A DNA stretch of 64,000 bases from a virus, in IMG/VR virus record IMGVR_UViG_3300036781_000236, positions 1 through 64,000 of that record; one strand, 5' to 3'. A program made the position numbers and the translations under genes. The notes beneath the pieces were generated by a model. That model had not been told where the DNA came from and ran no database searches. It saw nothing but the letters and a program-made list of their open reading frames with translations. Of the stretch, positions 35,308 to 45,076 are shown piece by piece; position 1 is the first letter of the stretch, and each line of letters begins with the position of its first letter.

Positions 35308-36999
35308 CTATAGCAAGCCGAGCGCGATGAGTTCCGCGATCTCCGCCAGGTCACGGTCGTCCAACGGCTGCTCGCCGAGTCTGCGTGCCACCCACCCTGC
35401 GGGGAAGCCGCTCCCGCCGACACCAGCCGCCACAGTAGGGATCGGCGCTGGGATCGCGGTGAGGAGTGCTGCCAACGCGCCTTCCCCACCGAGCAGCGCA
35501 ACCAGACGCTGGTACTCCGTCACCGTGACACTCAACGCACCCGCACCGGCGAGCGAGGCGACAAACCGCTGATACGGGGTGATCGTTGCGTTCAACGCCC
35601 CCGTGCCCATTAGGGACGCAGCGAACCGCTGGTACAAGGTCATCGACGCGGCGAGCGACCCAGCACCTACCATCGCGGCCGTGAACCGCTTATACGGCGT
35701 CACCGCAGCCGACAGAGCACCCACGCCTGCCAGTTGCGGAGCGAGCCGCTGATATGGCGTTACTGTCGCAGACAAAGCACCCGCGCCTGCGAGGGATACG
35801 AGTATTTGAACGAGCGGGTTGTAGTCCACCGATGCCCACACGTTCGTGACACCAACCGCTTGAAGGTTGATCACGGACTGCAAATAGCCGATCTGCATTG
35901 ATGTGAGCGTCGCGGCTGTCCACGCGCCACCGTCCGGGTCCAGGTACGTGACCAACGGGTAGTACGACGCCCCTGGCTGTGTCGGGTTCGTCGTCCACGT
36001 CACCGTGTTCGGAGCCAACGACGCCGACATAGCCTTCGTGCCACCACTTGTCTTCTCGATCTGCACCTTCACCGCCGCCGTCGCATCCGCACCAACAAGG
36101 TCAGCGATCCTGCCGCCAACGCACAGCGTGTTGATCGTGTCGAGTGACCCGACCCCAGACGCCCCGACCGCGAACAGGTCGCTCGCGTTCAAAACCGCAG
36201 ACGCGTTATACGAGGTCGCGTCGTCCGGCGGCACCTCATTCACCCTAGTCCAGTTATTCGCTGACCCAGCCGTACCTCCCACTTGCACAGGGAACGTGTT
36301 GCTATCACCTGGCGCTGCGGGATGAAGATGGATGATCTTTCCCGGCCCGCACCACGAGTTCTGCACTGACCCTGTAGCGTCATTCACGGCAAGATCGTCT
36401 GCGTACATCACTCCCTGAGTTACTGTAGAGTTAGGCAATCCAACCTGAAATCTCGCCGTAGAACCAGCAACATTGTTAACACCAGACCCAATCACGATTC
36501 CAGCCGTACCTGGATCGTTACCTGACGTTCCACAATCTGTATATCTCGCCTCATATGTACACGGAGAAACAGTGGCATCTACCTTGAACTCAATACGATA
36601 CCAATGTCCTACCTGAACAATACCGTTAGCGGTATTACCAATGATAGTTCCACCTGTCTGCTGCAAGAAAAGAGCGCCGTTTCCGTTAGTTGCAATGCTT
36701 CCCTGTGCTCCACCTCCTATCGCAGCCCATTGTGCAAATATCTTACGGTTTCCTCCCTCTGAAATAAGAGTGTCGAACAATACATATGCTCTAGAGTAGA
36801 AAACCGCGGATTGGTTCGTCTTAGCAAACGCCCAGTTGATTGTCTGAGCAGCACCAGAAGGCGCGAACTTCCAAGACGCCAGTCCTGACCGAACTTTTGC
36901 GGCTGTCGTAGAGATCGTTACACCAGCAGAAACGGTGTCTGCTTCAACACCTGCGGTGGCGCTCTGAAGTTCTGCTCCGCTTTGCAGGAGACGGGCCAT
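35308..36999 (-). CDS. Putative virion fibre/decoration protein with lectin-like N-terminal domain and C-terminal 20-aa repeats
   Basis: GHWYRIEF, YADDLAVND beta-sandwich; about six LAGAGALSATVTPYQR-type repeats. Confidence 0.65.
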   Translation of the reverse strand: MARLLQSGAELQSATAGVEADTVSAGVTISTTAAKVRSGLASWKFAPSGAAQTINWAFAKTNQSAVFYSRAYVLFDTLISEGGNRKIFAQWAAIGGGAQGSIATNGNGALFLQQTGGTIIGNTANGIVQVGHWYRIEFKVDATVSPCTYEARYTDCGTSGNDPGTAGIVIGSGVNNVAGSTARFQVGLPNSTVTQGVMYADDLAVNDATGSVQNSWCGPGKIIHLHPAAPGDSNTFPVQVGGTAGSANNWTRVNEVPPDDATSYNASAVLNASDLFAVGASGVGSLDTINTLCVGGRIADLVGADATAAVKVQIEKTSGGTKAMSASLAPNTVTWTTNPTQPGASYYPLVTYLDPDGGAWTAATLTSMQIGYLQSVINLQAVGVTNVWASVDYNPLVQILVSLAGAGALSATVTPYQRLAPQLAGVGALSAAVTPYKRFTAAMVGAGSLAASMTLYQRFAASLMGTGALNATITPYQRFVASLAGAGALSVTVTEYQRLVALLGGEGALAALLTAIPAPIPTVAAGVGGSGFPAGWVARRLGEQPLDDRDLAEIAELIALGLL

Positions 37000-37012
37000 C
37001 GCCCCTCCTACT

Positions 37013-37552
37013 CTACGTCTCGGTGATCGACTCAGCCCCAGACACAATCTGGGGAGTGTCACCGGGGTTGATCGCTGTGCTAGTGATAGAGCACCAGTAC
37101 AGGATGTTTCCGCTCGATGCTGCGTCTAGGATCGCGAAGTAGGTGACGGTCTGCAACGACCCAGCGTTCGTGCCGAACGTGATCGCGACGCTGTTTGTCG
37201 TCGCCGACCCCGCGGTCGAGGTGCTGTAGTTCGACGTGTTCGCGGTGACCGCTACACGGGCGTACCCTGTGTAGGAAGCCTCACCGCTCGAAGCGCCCGT
37301 AGACGACGCCGACAGCGCCGATGTCCACAACGCCTGGTAGAGCGTCGCGGGTGGCGTGTATGTGGTGGCGTTGAAGATCGCGTTCAGCAGCTTGCTGACC
37401 AAATATTGGCTCTTGCCCGTCACCCACCGCACGAGGTCGCGGAGACCTGTAGAGGTCGGCTTGAACACCACCGCGCCGCCCGTCACGCGGGCGTGATAGA
37501 CCCGGCCGTCGCGGCCGTGCCACACCAACCCGTCCAGCGATACAGCGGTCAC
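37013..37552 (-). CDS. Virion structural protein (fibre-base/decoration-like)
   Basis: LYQALWT...EASYTGYARVAV...TVTYFAILDAASSGNILY pattern. Confidence 0.65.
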   Translation of the reverse strand: MTAVSLDGLVWHGRDGRVYHARVTGGAVVFKPTSTGLRDLVRWVTGKSQYLVSKLLNAIFNATTYTPPATLYQALWTSALSASSTGASSGEASYTGYARVAVTANTSNYSTSTAGSATTNSVAITFGTNAGSLQTVTYFAILDAASSGNILYWCSITSTAINPGDTPQIVSGAESITET

Positions 37553-37827
37553 TGTGTGCTCCTGATGTCGTCCAGCACCTTCTGCACGGCGGTCATCTCG
37601 TCGGGGGTGACGCTAACCATCGGAGAGCCGTCAGCAGGCACCAGGAGTGCGTACCGTTCATGCTTCCGGTCAGACCACGACTCGTCACCATCGGTAGAGA
37701 CGCGATAGGTGCCGTCGTCGTTCAAGTACAGCCGTTCCCCAAGCGCGTCATAACCCGTGGCAGGGTCGGTGACGACCGAGTAGTGCCACCCGTCCTGGTA
37801 ACACACCGGACCCGTGTAGACGGTCAC
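37549..37827 (-). CDS. Hypothetical protein
   Basis: GTGA-coupled on both sides. Confidence 0.6.
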   Translation of the reverse strand: MTVYTGPVCYQDGWHYSVVTDPATGYDALGERLYLNDDGTYRVSTDGDESWSDRKHERYALLVPADGSPMVSVTPDEMTAVQKVLDDIRSTQ

Positions 37828-39929
37828 GTGGCGTCCTCGGTGACGTAGGACTTCGCGCCGGTTTCAGCGTCGTACTCCACCCGGACACGACGCGCAGACG
37901 CAGCAACAGGCTCAGGGGTCGTGACATGCACATCGACCTGGGCGGCTGGGACATGAACGTCGATTTTCTGCTCAGGCACGTTCACGATGATAGGCGAAGG
38001 CTCCGCCGCCGCCTGCTCCGGCACATGCACCGTGACGTTCGCGACAGGAGCGGGCTGCACAGGCATGTGAACGTCGAAGCGTGGCTCCACCTTCGACCCC
38101 TCCACCGTCACCGCCAAATCGTGCTGTGGGACGTGAACGTGGATGTCGCCAAGTTGGGGCGCTGCGGGTGCAGGACGCGAGGCGAACTCGCGAAGCACCC
38201 CGAGCGCCGTCAATGCCAATGCGTCCCCGGTGCCGTGCGTGCGCTCCGTATGCGCAGACGCGACGAGGGACGCGATCCCTTCCGTGGTTGCCTTGTGAGA
38301 CGCCGCGAGTGCTTCGATACCGGCGCGCAACGCAGGTGACTCCGCTACGTGCGGCAGCGACGCGACGAGCGCCGACACGTCTGGGGAATCAGAGAGAAGG
38401 TTCTGTGTGTCCCCTTCGAGTTCGAGCGGCTGCGTGGCGAGTTCCAGAAGCGTCGCGAACTCAACCTCAGCGGCCGTCTCGTCGGCCTGCTGCTTCTCCT
38501 CCGCTTCCTCCGCGATCCACCGCTCCACATTCGGGAGCGTGAACACGCCTTCGTCGCCTCCTTCCACCCGCGCGGCCACATCGGAGTGGATAGGCTCCGC
38601 GAGTTCAAGGTGCCAGTACTGCAACGCTTGGTCGACGGGATCGAATCCTGTCTCCTGCCCTTCGAGGACACGGTCTTCCTCGTGCTCTGCCCAGTAGGCG
38701 TTCAAGGCTTCCTGGGCGTCCACGGCGATCTCTTCGATCATCACGCCAGCGTGAACATCATGGGCGGCCGCGACCATAGCTTCGTCGTCTGTGGTGATTG
38801 CTTCCGCACCATTGTTCTTGCGTGCGTACAACTCCGCGAGGGTCGCGCCTTCCACGGCGTCCTCACCAGCCCATGCTGCTACTTCGTCGGCGGTCATCGG
38901 CAGGAACTCGATCTGCGACGCGCACCGTCCCGGCCGGGTGACGGCAGGATGCAGCGTCCCGAGTTCGTCGTTCGTCGTGACCAGCGCGAGTACCCGGAGG
39001 CCCTGCCCGATCATGCCGTCCACTACGTTCAGGAGCCGCGACAGTCCCTGCCCGTACTTCTCCTTCGCGGTAGCGGACAGCAGCTCCCCCGTGTCTTCCA
39101 GGATGAGGACACGCCACTTCCCGAGCGGGTTGCTTTCCGCGTACACGTCGCCGCTGACGGGTTCGAGCATGTCGTAGCTGTCCGCGAGCAGCACGTTGAT
39201 CATGTAGGAGGGGTCGTCCACGAAGAACGAGTCGGGGTCGGTGATGTAGTGGAACTCGGCCCACGGTGCCCACTGCGACGCAAGCGCCCGGAGCGCCCAC
39301 GACTTCCCTGTGCCGGGCTGTCCCTGCCAAAGCAGCAGCTGGCCGTCAACCGTCTCGGGTGCGTCCCACGCCATGAGCGACCCGAGCGAGTCACGGACAT
39401 GGGAGGTGTAGTTCTGCTCGATGTCGCCCCACTGTGCGGACTCCACACGACGGAGGCGCGGGATAGGGCCGTGCTTGCTGTTCGCCCAGAACGTGATCGG
39501 GACGGTCGCGTTGTCCTGCGTCAGATACGACGCGGGATACGCCTGCCTGAATGCAGCGCATGCGGTGTCTACCTGCGTCTGACTGTCTCCTGCGACGCGC
39601 ACATTGAACCAACCGTCCCCGATGCTGATAAGCGCGAGCGCACCGCTGTTTGTCGCTACAACCGCCGATCCCCTGTCTACGAACAGCACGTTCTTGGACG
39701 GAAGCCCTGCGCTACTAGCTTCGATAGGCCACGAGTCGCCGCCCCAAACCGGCGACTCCCTCTGCAACGCGTGCTCCTTGAAGAACTTCTCCGCTGCTCC
39801 GCCGTACAACATGTCGTACGTCGGGAGCATCGCTGGGGCCGCAGCCGTGAGGCTACGGAACGCGGCACGGCGACGCTGCGAAAGCGTGCGCGGCTGCCGC
39901 TGCCCGACCTTCACACTGGCGCGACCCAC
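37824..39929 (-). CDS. AAA+ ATPase (DUF5925-like) fused to acidic region and VHV-repeat C-terminus
   Basis: GQPGTGKS, ILEDTGELL, LSRLLNVVDG, TTN...LHPAVTRPGR second region of homology. Confidence 0.85.
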   Translation of the reverse strand: MGRASVKVGQRQPRTLSQRRRAAFRSLTAAAPAMLPTYDMLYGGAAEKFFKEHALQRESPVWGGDSWPIEASSAGLPSKNVLFVDRGSAVVATNSGALALISIGDGWFNVRVAGDSQTQVDTACAAFRQAYPASYLTQDNATVPITFWANSKHGPIPRLRRVESAQWGDIEQNYTSHVRDSLGSLMAWDAPETVDGQLLLWQGQPGTGKSWALRALASQWAPWAEFHYITDPDSFFVDDPSYMINVLLADSYDMLEPVSGDVYAESNPLGKWRVLILEDTGELLSATAKEKYGQGLSRLLNVVDGMIGQGLRVLALVTTNDELGTLHPAVTRPGRCASQIEFLPMTADEVAAWAGEDAVEGATLAELYARKNNGAEAITTDDEAMVAAAHDVHAGVMIEEIAVDAQEALNAYWAEHEEDRVLEGQETGFDPVDQALQYWHLELAEPIHSDVAARVEGGDEGVFTLPNVERWIAEEAEEKQQADETAAEVEFATLLELATQPLELEGDTQNLLSDSPDVSALVASLPHVAESPALRAGIEALAASHKATTEGIASLVASAHTERTHGTGDALALTALGVLREFASRPAPAAPQLGDIHVHVPQHDLAVTVEGSKVEPRFDVHMPVQPAPVANVTVHVPEQAAAEPSPIIVNVPEQKIDVHVPAAQVDVHVTTPEPVAASARRVRVEYDAETGAKSYVTEDAT

Positions 39930-39932
39930 CGT

Positions 39933-42104
39933 CTACGCCTCGATGGAATCAGCGAGTTCCGCGATCTCGGCCATCGCGGCCTGGCACTCCGCACCGCACA
40001 CGATCCCGGCGGCCGTCAAAGACATCACCTCGGGTGCTTCACCCGACGCGACCACGGATGCGCGGGTGCGGGGGATCGGGAACCCAGGCACGTTGACGGC
40101 GAGCGCGGCGACGAGTTCGAGGTTGCCGTTCACGTTCCGCCAGTCCCCCGACAGTTTCGCTGCCCGCAACACACGGATCGTTTCCTCCGACGTGCCGGGA
40201 CGAACAGCCCCCGCGACCCAGATGCCGTGCTCGTCCTCACCGCACGCCACATCCGCCACCACAGTGCCTGTGTGGTCGTAATGGGCGGCCGCGGCGGCCT
40301 GACCCAACCCCGATGACGCATGGCCGGTGCCGAGGGTGATGTTCCCGACTGGGACACGCTCCCCGTCCGCACAGGCGATCTCACCGAGCATGTAGTAGGC
40401 GTAATCGGTCTTCGACCGTGGCGCGTACACGTGGTTGTCTGGGAACGCGATGTGCGGGACGTTCCACTCAGCAGCATGGCCGTACACCTGCCCGTCGTCG
40501 GTGACGGTGAGCGGCTGCGGCCCGTCGAACTCGGGGTTCGCGAACCACTCCACGGGCGGGCGAACGGGGATCTCGGTCTCGACCGCGGAAGCGACCAGAG
40601 CCGCAGCGTTCCGTACCGGGGTGACGCGGTAGCCGCCCTGCGACGTGACTGTCCACATCGCTTCGAGCTGCGTCGAAGCGACCAGCGACGACGCAAGCTG
40701 GATCGTGGCTTCAGCGAACGCCTGGAACGGGCACGCGGTCGCCATACCGATAGTGGCGTCAGCGACGACGATGATCGTGTCGTCGCCCTTCTCCCCAAAC
40801 GCGATGTCGATGAGGGAGGGTGCGTCGGTTTCGTCGTCGGGCTTCGGTGCCCACACGCCTTCCGCGTCGAACCAGTCGCTTTTCGGCCCCACATCGTACT
40901 GATGCACCGCCAAGTCCACGCTGATGCCGCGCAACGTGCCATCTCCGACCATGCGGGCGATCATCTGCCCGAACTCGCCGTCATCGAACACACCCGACGC
41001 CTGGATCAGATTCCCTTCGCGCCAGATGTTGTCGATCCGTCCCGCGACCTGAGCGCCATCGTGGCCGCCCTCCGCAGACGTTTCGACCAGGCCCATGAGG
41101 GTGAGCGGCAGGTCACGCCACGAGATGCTGTCAGGAGCGAACGCACGGTTGTCCGCCGTCATCGCGGCCTCCGGTGCAAGGGTGGCGGTCCACTGCATCT
41201 GCGCAGATGCCTTATCCGAACCTGTCGGCACCTTCGTGATGTCAGGCAAGCGCGGCGACGGGTTCCGCTTCGGGATACGACTCGACGGCTTATGCGCGTC
41301 GATCAGCGGAATACCGTCGTCGCCCGCGAACGTGAGAGCGAATCGTGCGAGGGTGTCACGCAACGGTGTGTCCTGACCGTCACGGACAGTGACGTACTCC
41401 GCGATCTCCGCGATCAGGCCGTCCACCGCAGCGGCAGCGAGGTCTTCGCCGTCCATGTCCGTCGTCTCGAATCCGTCGCAGTCACAACCGAGGGCGGAGC
41501 ATGCACCCATGTTGCCGTCGCCGCCATGCATGCCGTCAGGGTGGCCGCAGTCACCGTCAGCGCACACCGCCGTGTTCGCGACGGCTGCCAACTCCTCTGT
41601 GTCGGCCTCGGCATTCGCGTTGTCGTCCTTCCACGGCACGGTGATGGTGTCGTCCTCGTACTTCTTCGCGGCTGCCTTGTAGTAGCCCTCCACTGCCGTC
41701 TTGATCTTGGCCTTGTCGGCGTCCGGGATGTCAGCGCCGCCACGGGCACCCGAAAGCACACCCGCGACCGCGGTGACAGCCTTCCAGACGGCGTGCTTGC
41801 CGCCGTCCTTCGACACGAACGGGAACTTGTACGACGACTTGACCGCAGGGTCACCGTCGGAGTCCTTCCACATGAAGCAGTCCGCGTCGGCGGGAAGTTC
41901 GTAGTCCTTCGTGGCCGCGGGGCCGTCCCACGCCTCGTCGCGCGCGCCGAGCGGAAGACCGTCCGCTCCGCTCGCGTCAGCGGTGATCGCCGCGAGTTCC
42001 GCGACCTGCTCCTCAGTGAACGCAGGGATGCGCTTCTCGGCCGCCACACGTGCGGCGGCCCTACGTGCCCTACGACGAGCCTGTGCGGCTCCAGATCCAG
42101 CCAT
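39933..42104 (-). CDS. Capsid maturation protease, multidomain
   Basis: TADNR...LPLTLM...GHDGA..AGRID...LRGISVD; second domain HYD...GED-HGIWVAG...LSGDWR; lies between MuF-like gene and MCP. Confidence 0.8.
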   Translation of the reverse strand: MAGSGAAQARRRARRAAARVAAEKRIPAFTEEQVAELAAITADASGADGLPLGARDEAWDGPAATKDYELPADADCFMWKDSDGDPAVKSSYKFPFVSKDGGKHAVWKAVTAVAGVLSGARGGADIPDADKAKIKTAVEGYYKAAAKKYEDDTITVPWKDDNANAEADTEELAAVANTAVCADGDCGHPDGMHGGDGNMGACSALGCDCDGFETTDMDGEDLAAAAVDGLIAEIAEYVTVRDGQDTPLRDTLARFALTFAGDDGIPLIDAHKPSSRIPKRNPSPRLPDITKVPTGSDKASAQMQWTATLAPEAAMTADNRAFAPDSISWRDLPLTLMGLVETSAEGGHDGAQVAGRIDNIWREGNLIQASGVFDDGEFGQMIARMVGDGTLRGISVDLAVHQYDVGPKSDWFDAEGVWAPKPDDETDAPSLIDIAFGEKGDDTIIVVADATIGMATACPFQAFAEATIQLASSLVASTQLEAMWTVTSQGGYRVTPVRNAAALVASAVETEIPVRPPVEWFANPEFDGPQPLTVTDDGQVYGHAAEWNVPHIAFPDNHVYAPRSKTDYAYYMLGEIACADGERVPVGNITLGTGHASSGLGQAAAAAHYDHTGTVVADVACGEDEHGIWVAGAVRPGTSEETIRVLRAAKLSGDWRNVNGNLELVAALAVNVPGFPIPRTRASVVASGEAPEVMSLTAAGIVCGAECQAAMAEIAELADSIEA

Positions 42105-42188
42105 GACCGATTCCCCTTTTCCAGATGGACGGTGAAAGTTCCGTGGGCCGTAGGCTAGCGCGGCGGGGTGGTAGCTCCACACCCACCC

Positions 42189-42217
42189 TTGACTTCGTAT
42201 AGCAGGCTAGGTATGGT
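42189..42217 (+). promoter_or_regulatory. Promoter cassette TTGACT-17-TATGGT with TTCGTATAGCAGG box
   Basis: Same cassette as 8174 and 33689, with shared GTCACGATC leader. Confidence 0.85.
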
Positions 42218-42249
42218 TGGGGAGTCACGATCCACCAAGGAGGCACACC

Positions 42250-42648
42250 ATGAGCAAAGAAACACTTCTGCTTCAGGAGTACGGGTTCGGCGGTAAGCGC
42301 GTTCCCGATCTCACCATCGAGGTTGAGTACCGCAAAGCGCCGTACTACGACCACGACACCACCTACGCGCCCGACCATCGCGGCAAGACGCTGACGGCGT
42401 ACGACGTGTATGTGGACGGAACCCTCACAGGACGTATCCGTCAGACCATCGCGTCAACGGACAGGAACTACAACACGATCCGTGTTCCTGGACGCGGCAA
42501 AATCGCGTGGTCGTGGGATCGCAAGCACACAGCAGGACCGAACCGACAGGATCGCACCAGCAACTACCCTGGCCTCTACAGAACTTCCAAGCGCTCCGCG
42601 GTTGGCGACATGATGGGATACGGATGCGCCACGAAGGTTGCATCGTGA
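42250..42648 (+). CDS. Hypothetical protein
   Basis: RBS AAGGAGG; first gene of antisense island. Confidence 0.7.
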   Translation: MSKETLLLQEYGFGGKRVPDLTIEVEYRKAPYYDHDTTYAPDHRGKTLTAYDVYVDGTLTGRIRQTIASTDRNYNTIRVPGRGKIAWSWDRKHTAGPNRQDRTSNYPGLYRTSKRSAVGDMMGYGCATKVAS

Positions 42649-42848
42649 GTGTCGTCGCGCGAGTCTACGACAGCGGCGGCATCACGGAGCACACCGACAC
42701 CGTGCAGATCGCCACGCTCGTAGCGTCACTCAACCTCGCAGGCTTCGAGATGAAGCCTCACGGATCAGTTAGGGATCGCGTGCAGATGCGTAACGAAGCA
42801 GCCGGTGTCGACATCACCCTGTCCCTTCTCAAGAACGAGGATGCATGA
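42645..42848 (+). CDS. Hypothetical protein
   Basis: GTGA/ATGA coupling. Confidence 0.55.
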   Translation: MSVVARVYDSGGITEHTDTVQIATLVASLNLAGFEMKPHGSVRDRVQMRNEAAGVDITLSLLKNEDA

Positions 42849-43306
42849 GCTACGACTTCTCCGCACGTATCGACACGGGCGGCCCGTACCCGCACTACAT
42901 CGAACCGTCCTTTGATGACACCCACCCTGGTCTAGCTACCAACGGGGTCGAGGGTTCCACCGTGGCCTTCTACCCGGAGGGAGGTTACACCCGCATCGGG
43001 AACTACACCTCGAATGTCTCCCCGATCTGGGCGCGCTGCCTCACGAAAGCCGCGCTCAGCATCCGGTACCCGAAGCACCTCCCAGACGGGGATATGTGGC
43101 TGTCCGACATCGACGGCGAACGCCTCGGTGACATCACGACGCTTCTCCACGCCGCCGTCGAGTACGGCATCGACCACCTCGAAGATCTGCGCGAACTGGA
43201 ACCCGAGAACAGGTGGGGAAACGCGGAAGGCGCGATCACCTACCTGTGGGACATCCAGCGGTTCAGCGAGATGCACCCCAACGCGTTCCTGAGTCTGAAT
43301 CGCTAA
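42845..43306 (+). CDS. Hypothetical phage protein
   Basis: MSYD...NYTSNVSPIW...LEPENRWG pattern recurrent in phages. Confidence 0.7.
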   Translation: MSYDFSARIDTGGPYPHYIEPSFDDTHPGLATNGVEGSTVAFYPEGGYTRIGNYTSNVSPIWARCLTKAALSIRYPKHLPDGDMWLSDIDGERLGDITTLLHAAVEYGIDHLEDLRELEPENRWGNAEGAITYLWDIQRFSEMHPNAFLSLNR

Positions 43307-43371
43307 AAGCTTCTCGGCTGGTGCAGGGATCGTGACAGTTCTCCTGCCTCCAAGCCGCCGAGGATGAGCAG

Positions 43372-43391
43372 ACGGCCCCGCAAGGGGCCGT
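43372..43391. terminator. Terminator hairpin with GCAA loop
   Basis: ACGGCCCC-GCAA-GGGGCCGT. Confidence 0.75.
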
Positions 43392-43399
43392 TACGCTTT

Positions 43400-45076
43400 C
43401 TACTCCGCTTCCGCGTCGTCCCCGCTCATATAACCAAGCGTGCAACGACAGTTGATCACCGATCCCGCCTCACCGGATGGGTCACCTGGGAACATGAGCG
43501 AGTCGCCGTCCACGTCGAAAGGAGCGTCGAGGGGCTGCGTTTGTCCGTCAAGCCCGTCCACAAGTTCATGGCGCGGGTAGATAGCTCCCTCGGCGGTCAT
43601 CCACACCTTGCTTAGCTTCGAGTTCCCGCCGGTCGCGGCGTCAATGGCTTGTGTCGCGGCGAGGCTCCCGCCCCCTGTGGCCCCGGCGAGGGTGGTGCGG
43701 GCGATAGTGACAGCGCGGGTGTAAGACTGCTCGTTCATCCCTACCTGGATCGCCCTAGCGGTGTCCGGGATCGACAAGCCCTGGTCGTAGGACGCCTGCA
43801 CGATCTTCGTGACGTTGTCCAACGTCGTCTGCGCGATGTTAGGGATCTGGCTCGCGGTGTTCGCGATCTCCTTCGCGACATACGGGTTGCTCACATCGAA
43901 GCTGACCCCTGCGCTTTCCAAACTGGCTTGTGTGACCGAACGAACCATCGCCTGCCGGACAGGCTCCGTCTTCGTGCGTAGCGAGAAGATCAGCGCATCC
44001 ACGTCCAGCATTTCGGCAGGGGCCGGGGCGCTCCACACGGGGTTACCGGCGGACGCCGCGTACAGATCAGCTTGGGCGTCGCGGAGGTTCGCCTTCGCCG
44101 CCTCAACATGCTCGGGGCTGCTTCCGTCGGATAGGGCGGTGCGGAGTTCGCCCTTAGCTTCCTCGACGGCCTTGTGGCGTGCCGCCAACTGCTCCGGGGT
44201 GAGCGTGGCGGGAGGCTGCTTCTTCGCGGCTGCGGCCGTCAACGGCAATCCCCCGGTGAGCGGCAGCGTGATCTCGACCTGGTCGCCCCGGACTACGTAG
44301 AGCGCATCGAACGTCAATGGAAGCCCGAACACCGTTGCGGTGTCGGGCGCGTCGGGTGTGCCAGTGGATGCGTGCGCTTCGAAGCCGTGGTCGCGGGCGT
44401 ACTCGACCCCGTACTTCACCAGTGCCTGCGTCACCGCTACCCGCAGTTCGACCAGACCTGGTACGTCGGGAAGGAGGATGCCGATGGTGTCGCCGTCTGG
44501 TTTCCCGAACTCGCCGCTACCTGCCACCACACCCGTCAGGGGACCGCAGTTCGCAGCGACCAACCGCAATGCGTCACCAAGCATGTCGAGTGGCCCATCG
44601 ATCTCCCCGAGCGACGCCAATGTGACGTGCAGCATCCCCGCTGGGTCACCGCCAGGGACAGTGAGCGCAGCGGATTGCTCCGCAGTAGGTTTCAGACAAA
44701 CCATCGTGCTCAACGGTGTCGGAGCCGCCGCCGTCAACGCCAATGACGCAACGAGCGACCGGACATCAGCGGGCGCGAGTCCTACGAGCGCCGCCATGTC
44801 CGCGTCCCGACGTGCCGAAGCGGTGAGGTGGTTCGTCACTGTCGCCGTGAAGTTCGCGGCTGCGTCACGGCCTGCTTTCCGCAGGATCGGTTCGAGCACC
44901 TTCACCATCCGCGGCACCAGATCGTCGGCGCGCTTATACCCAGCCTGGATGACACGGTTGTGGTGCGCCGCCGATGGTGCGACAGGGACAGCCTTCTCTG
45001 GCTTCGGCTGCGTCGCTTCCACCGCTTCCGCGGTGGTCTCCTTGACGGAGCGGTACTCGGGCATCTGGACGCCCAA
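43400..45076 (-). CDS. MuF/SPP1 gp7-like minor head protein with inserted 2H phosphoesterase domain
   Basis: C-terminal RAVTIART, KVW, H...DGQ, LMFPGDP...INCRC; internal LHVTL and AHAST motifs. Confidence 0.85.
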   Translation of the reverse strand: MGVQMPEYRSVKETTAEAVEATQPKPEKAVPVAPSAAHHNRVIQAGYKRADDLVPRMVKVLEPILRKAGRDAAANFTATVTNHLTASARRDADMAALVGLAPADVRSLVASLALTAAAPTPLSTMVCLKPTAEQSAALTVPGGDPAGMLHVTLASLGEIDGPLDMLGDALRLVAANCGPLTGVVAGSGEFGKPDGDTIGILLPDVPGLVELRVAVTQALVKYGVEYARDHGFEAHASTGTPDAPDTATVFGLPLTFDALYVVRGDQVEITLPLTGGLPLTAAAAKKQPPATLTPEQLAARHKAVEEAKGELRTALSDGSSPEHVEAAKANLRDAQADLYAASAGNPVWSAPAPAEMLDVDALIFSLRTKTEPVRQAMVRSVTQASLESAGVSFDVSNPYVAKEIANTASQIPNIAQTTLDNVTKIVQASYDQGLSIPDTARAIQVGMNEQSYTRAVTIARTTLAGATGGGSLAATQAIDAATGGNSKLSKVWMTAEGAIYPRHELVDGLDGQTQPLDAPFDVDGDSLMFPGDPSGEAGSVINCRCTLGYMSGDDAEAE

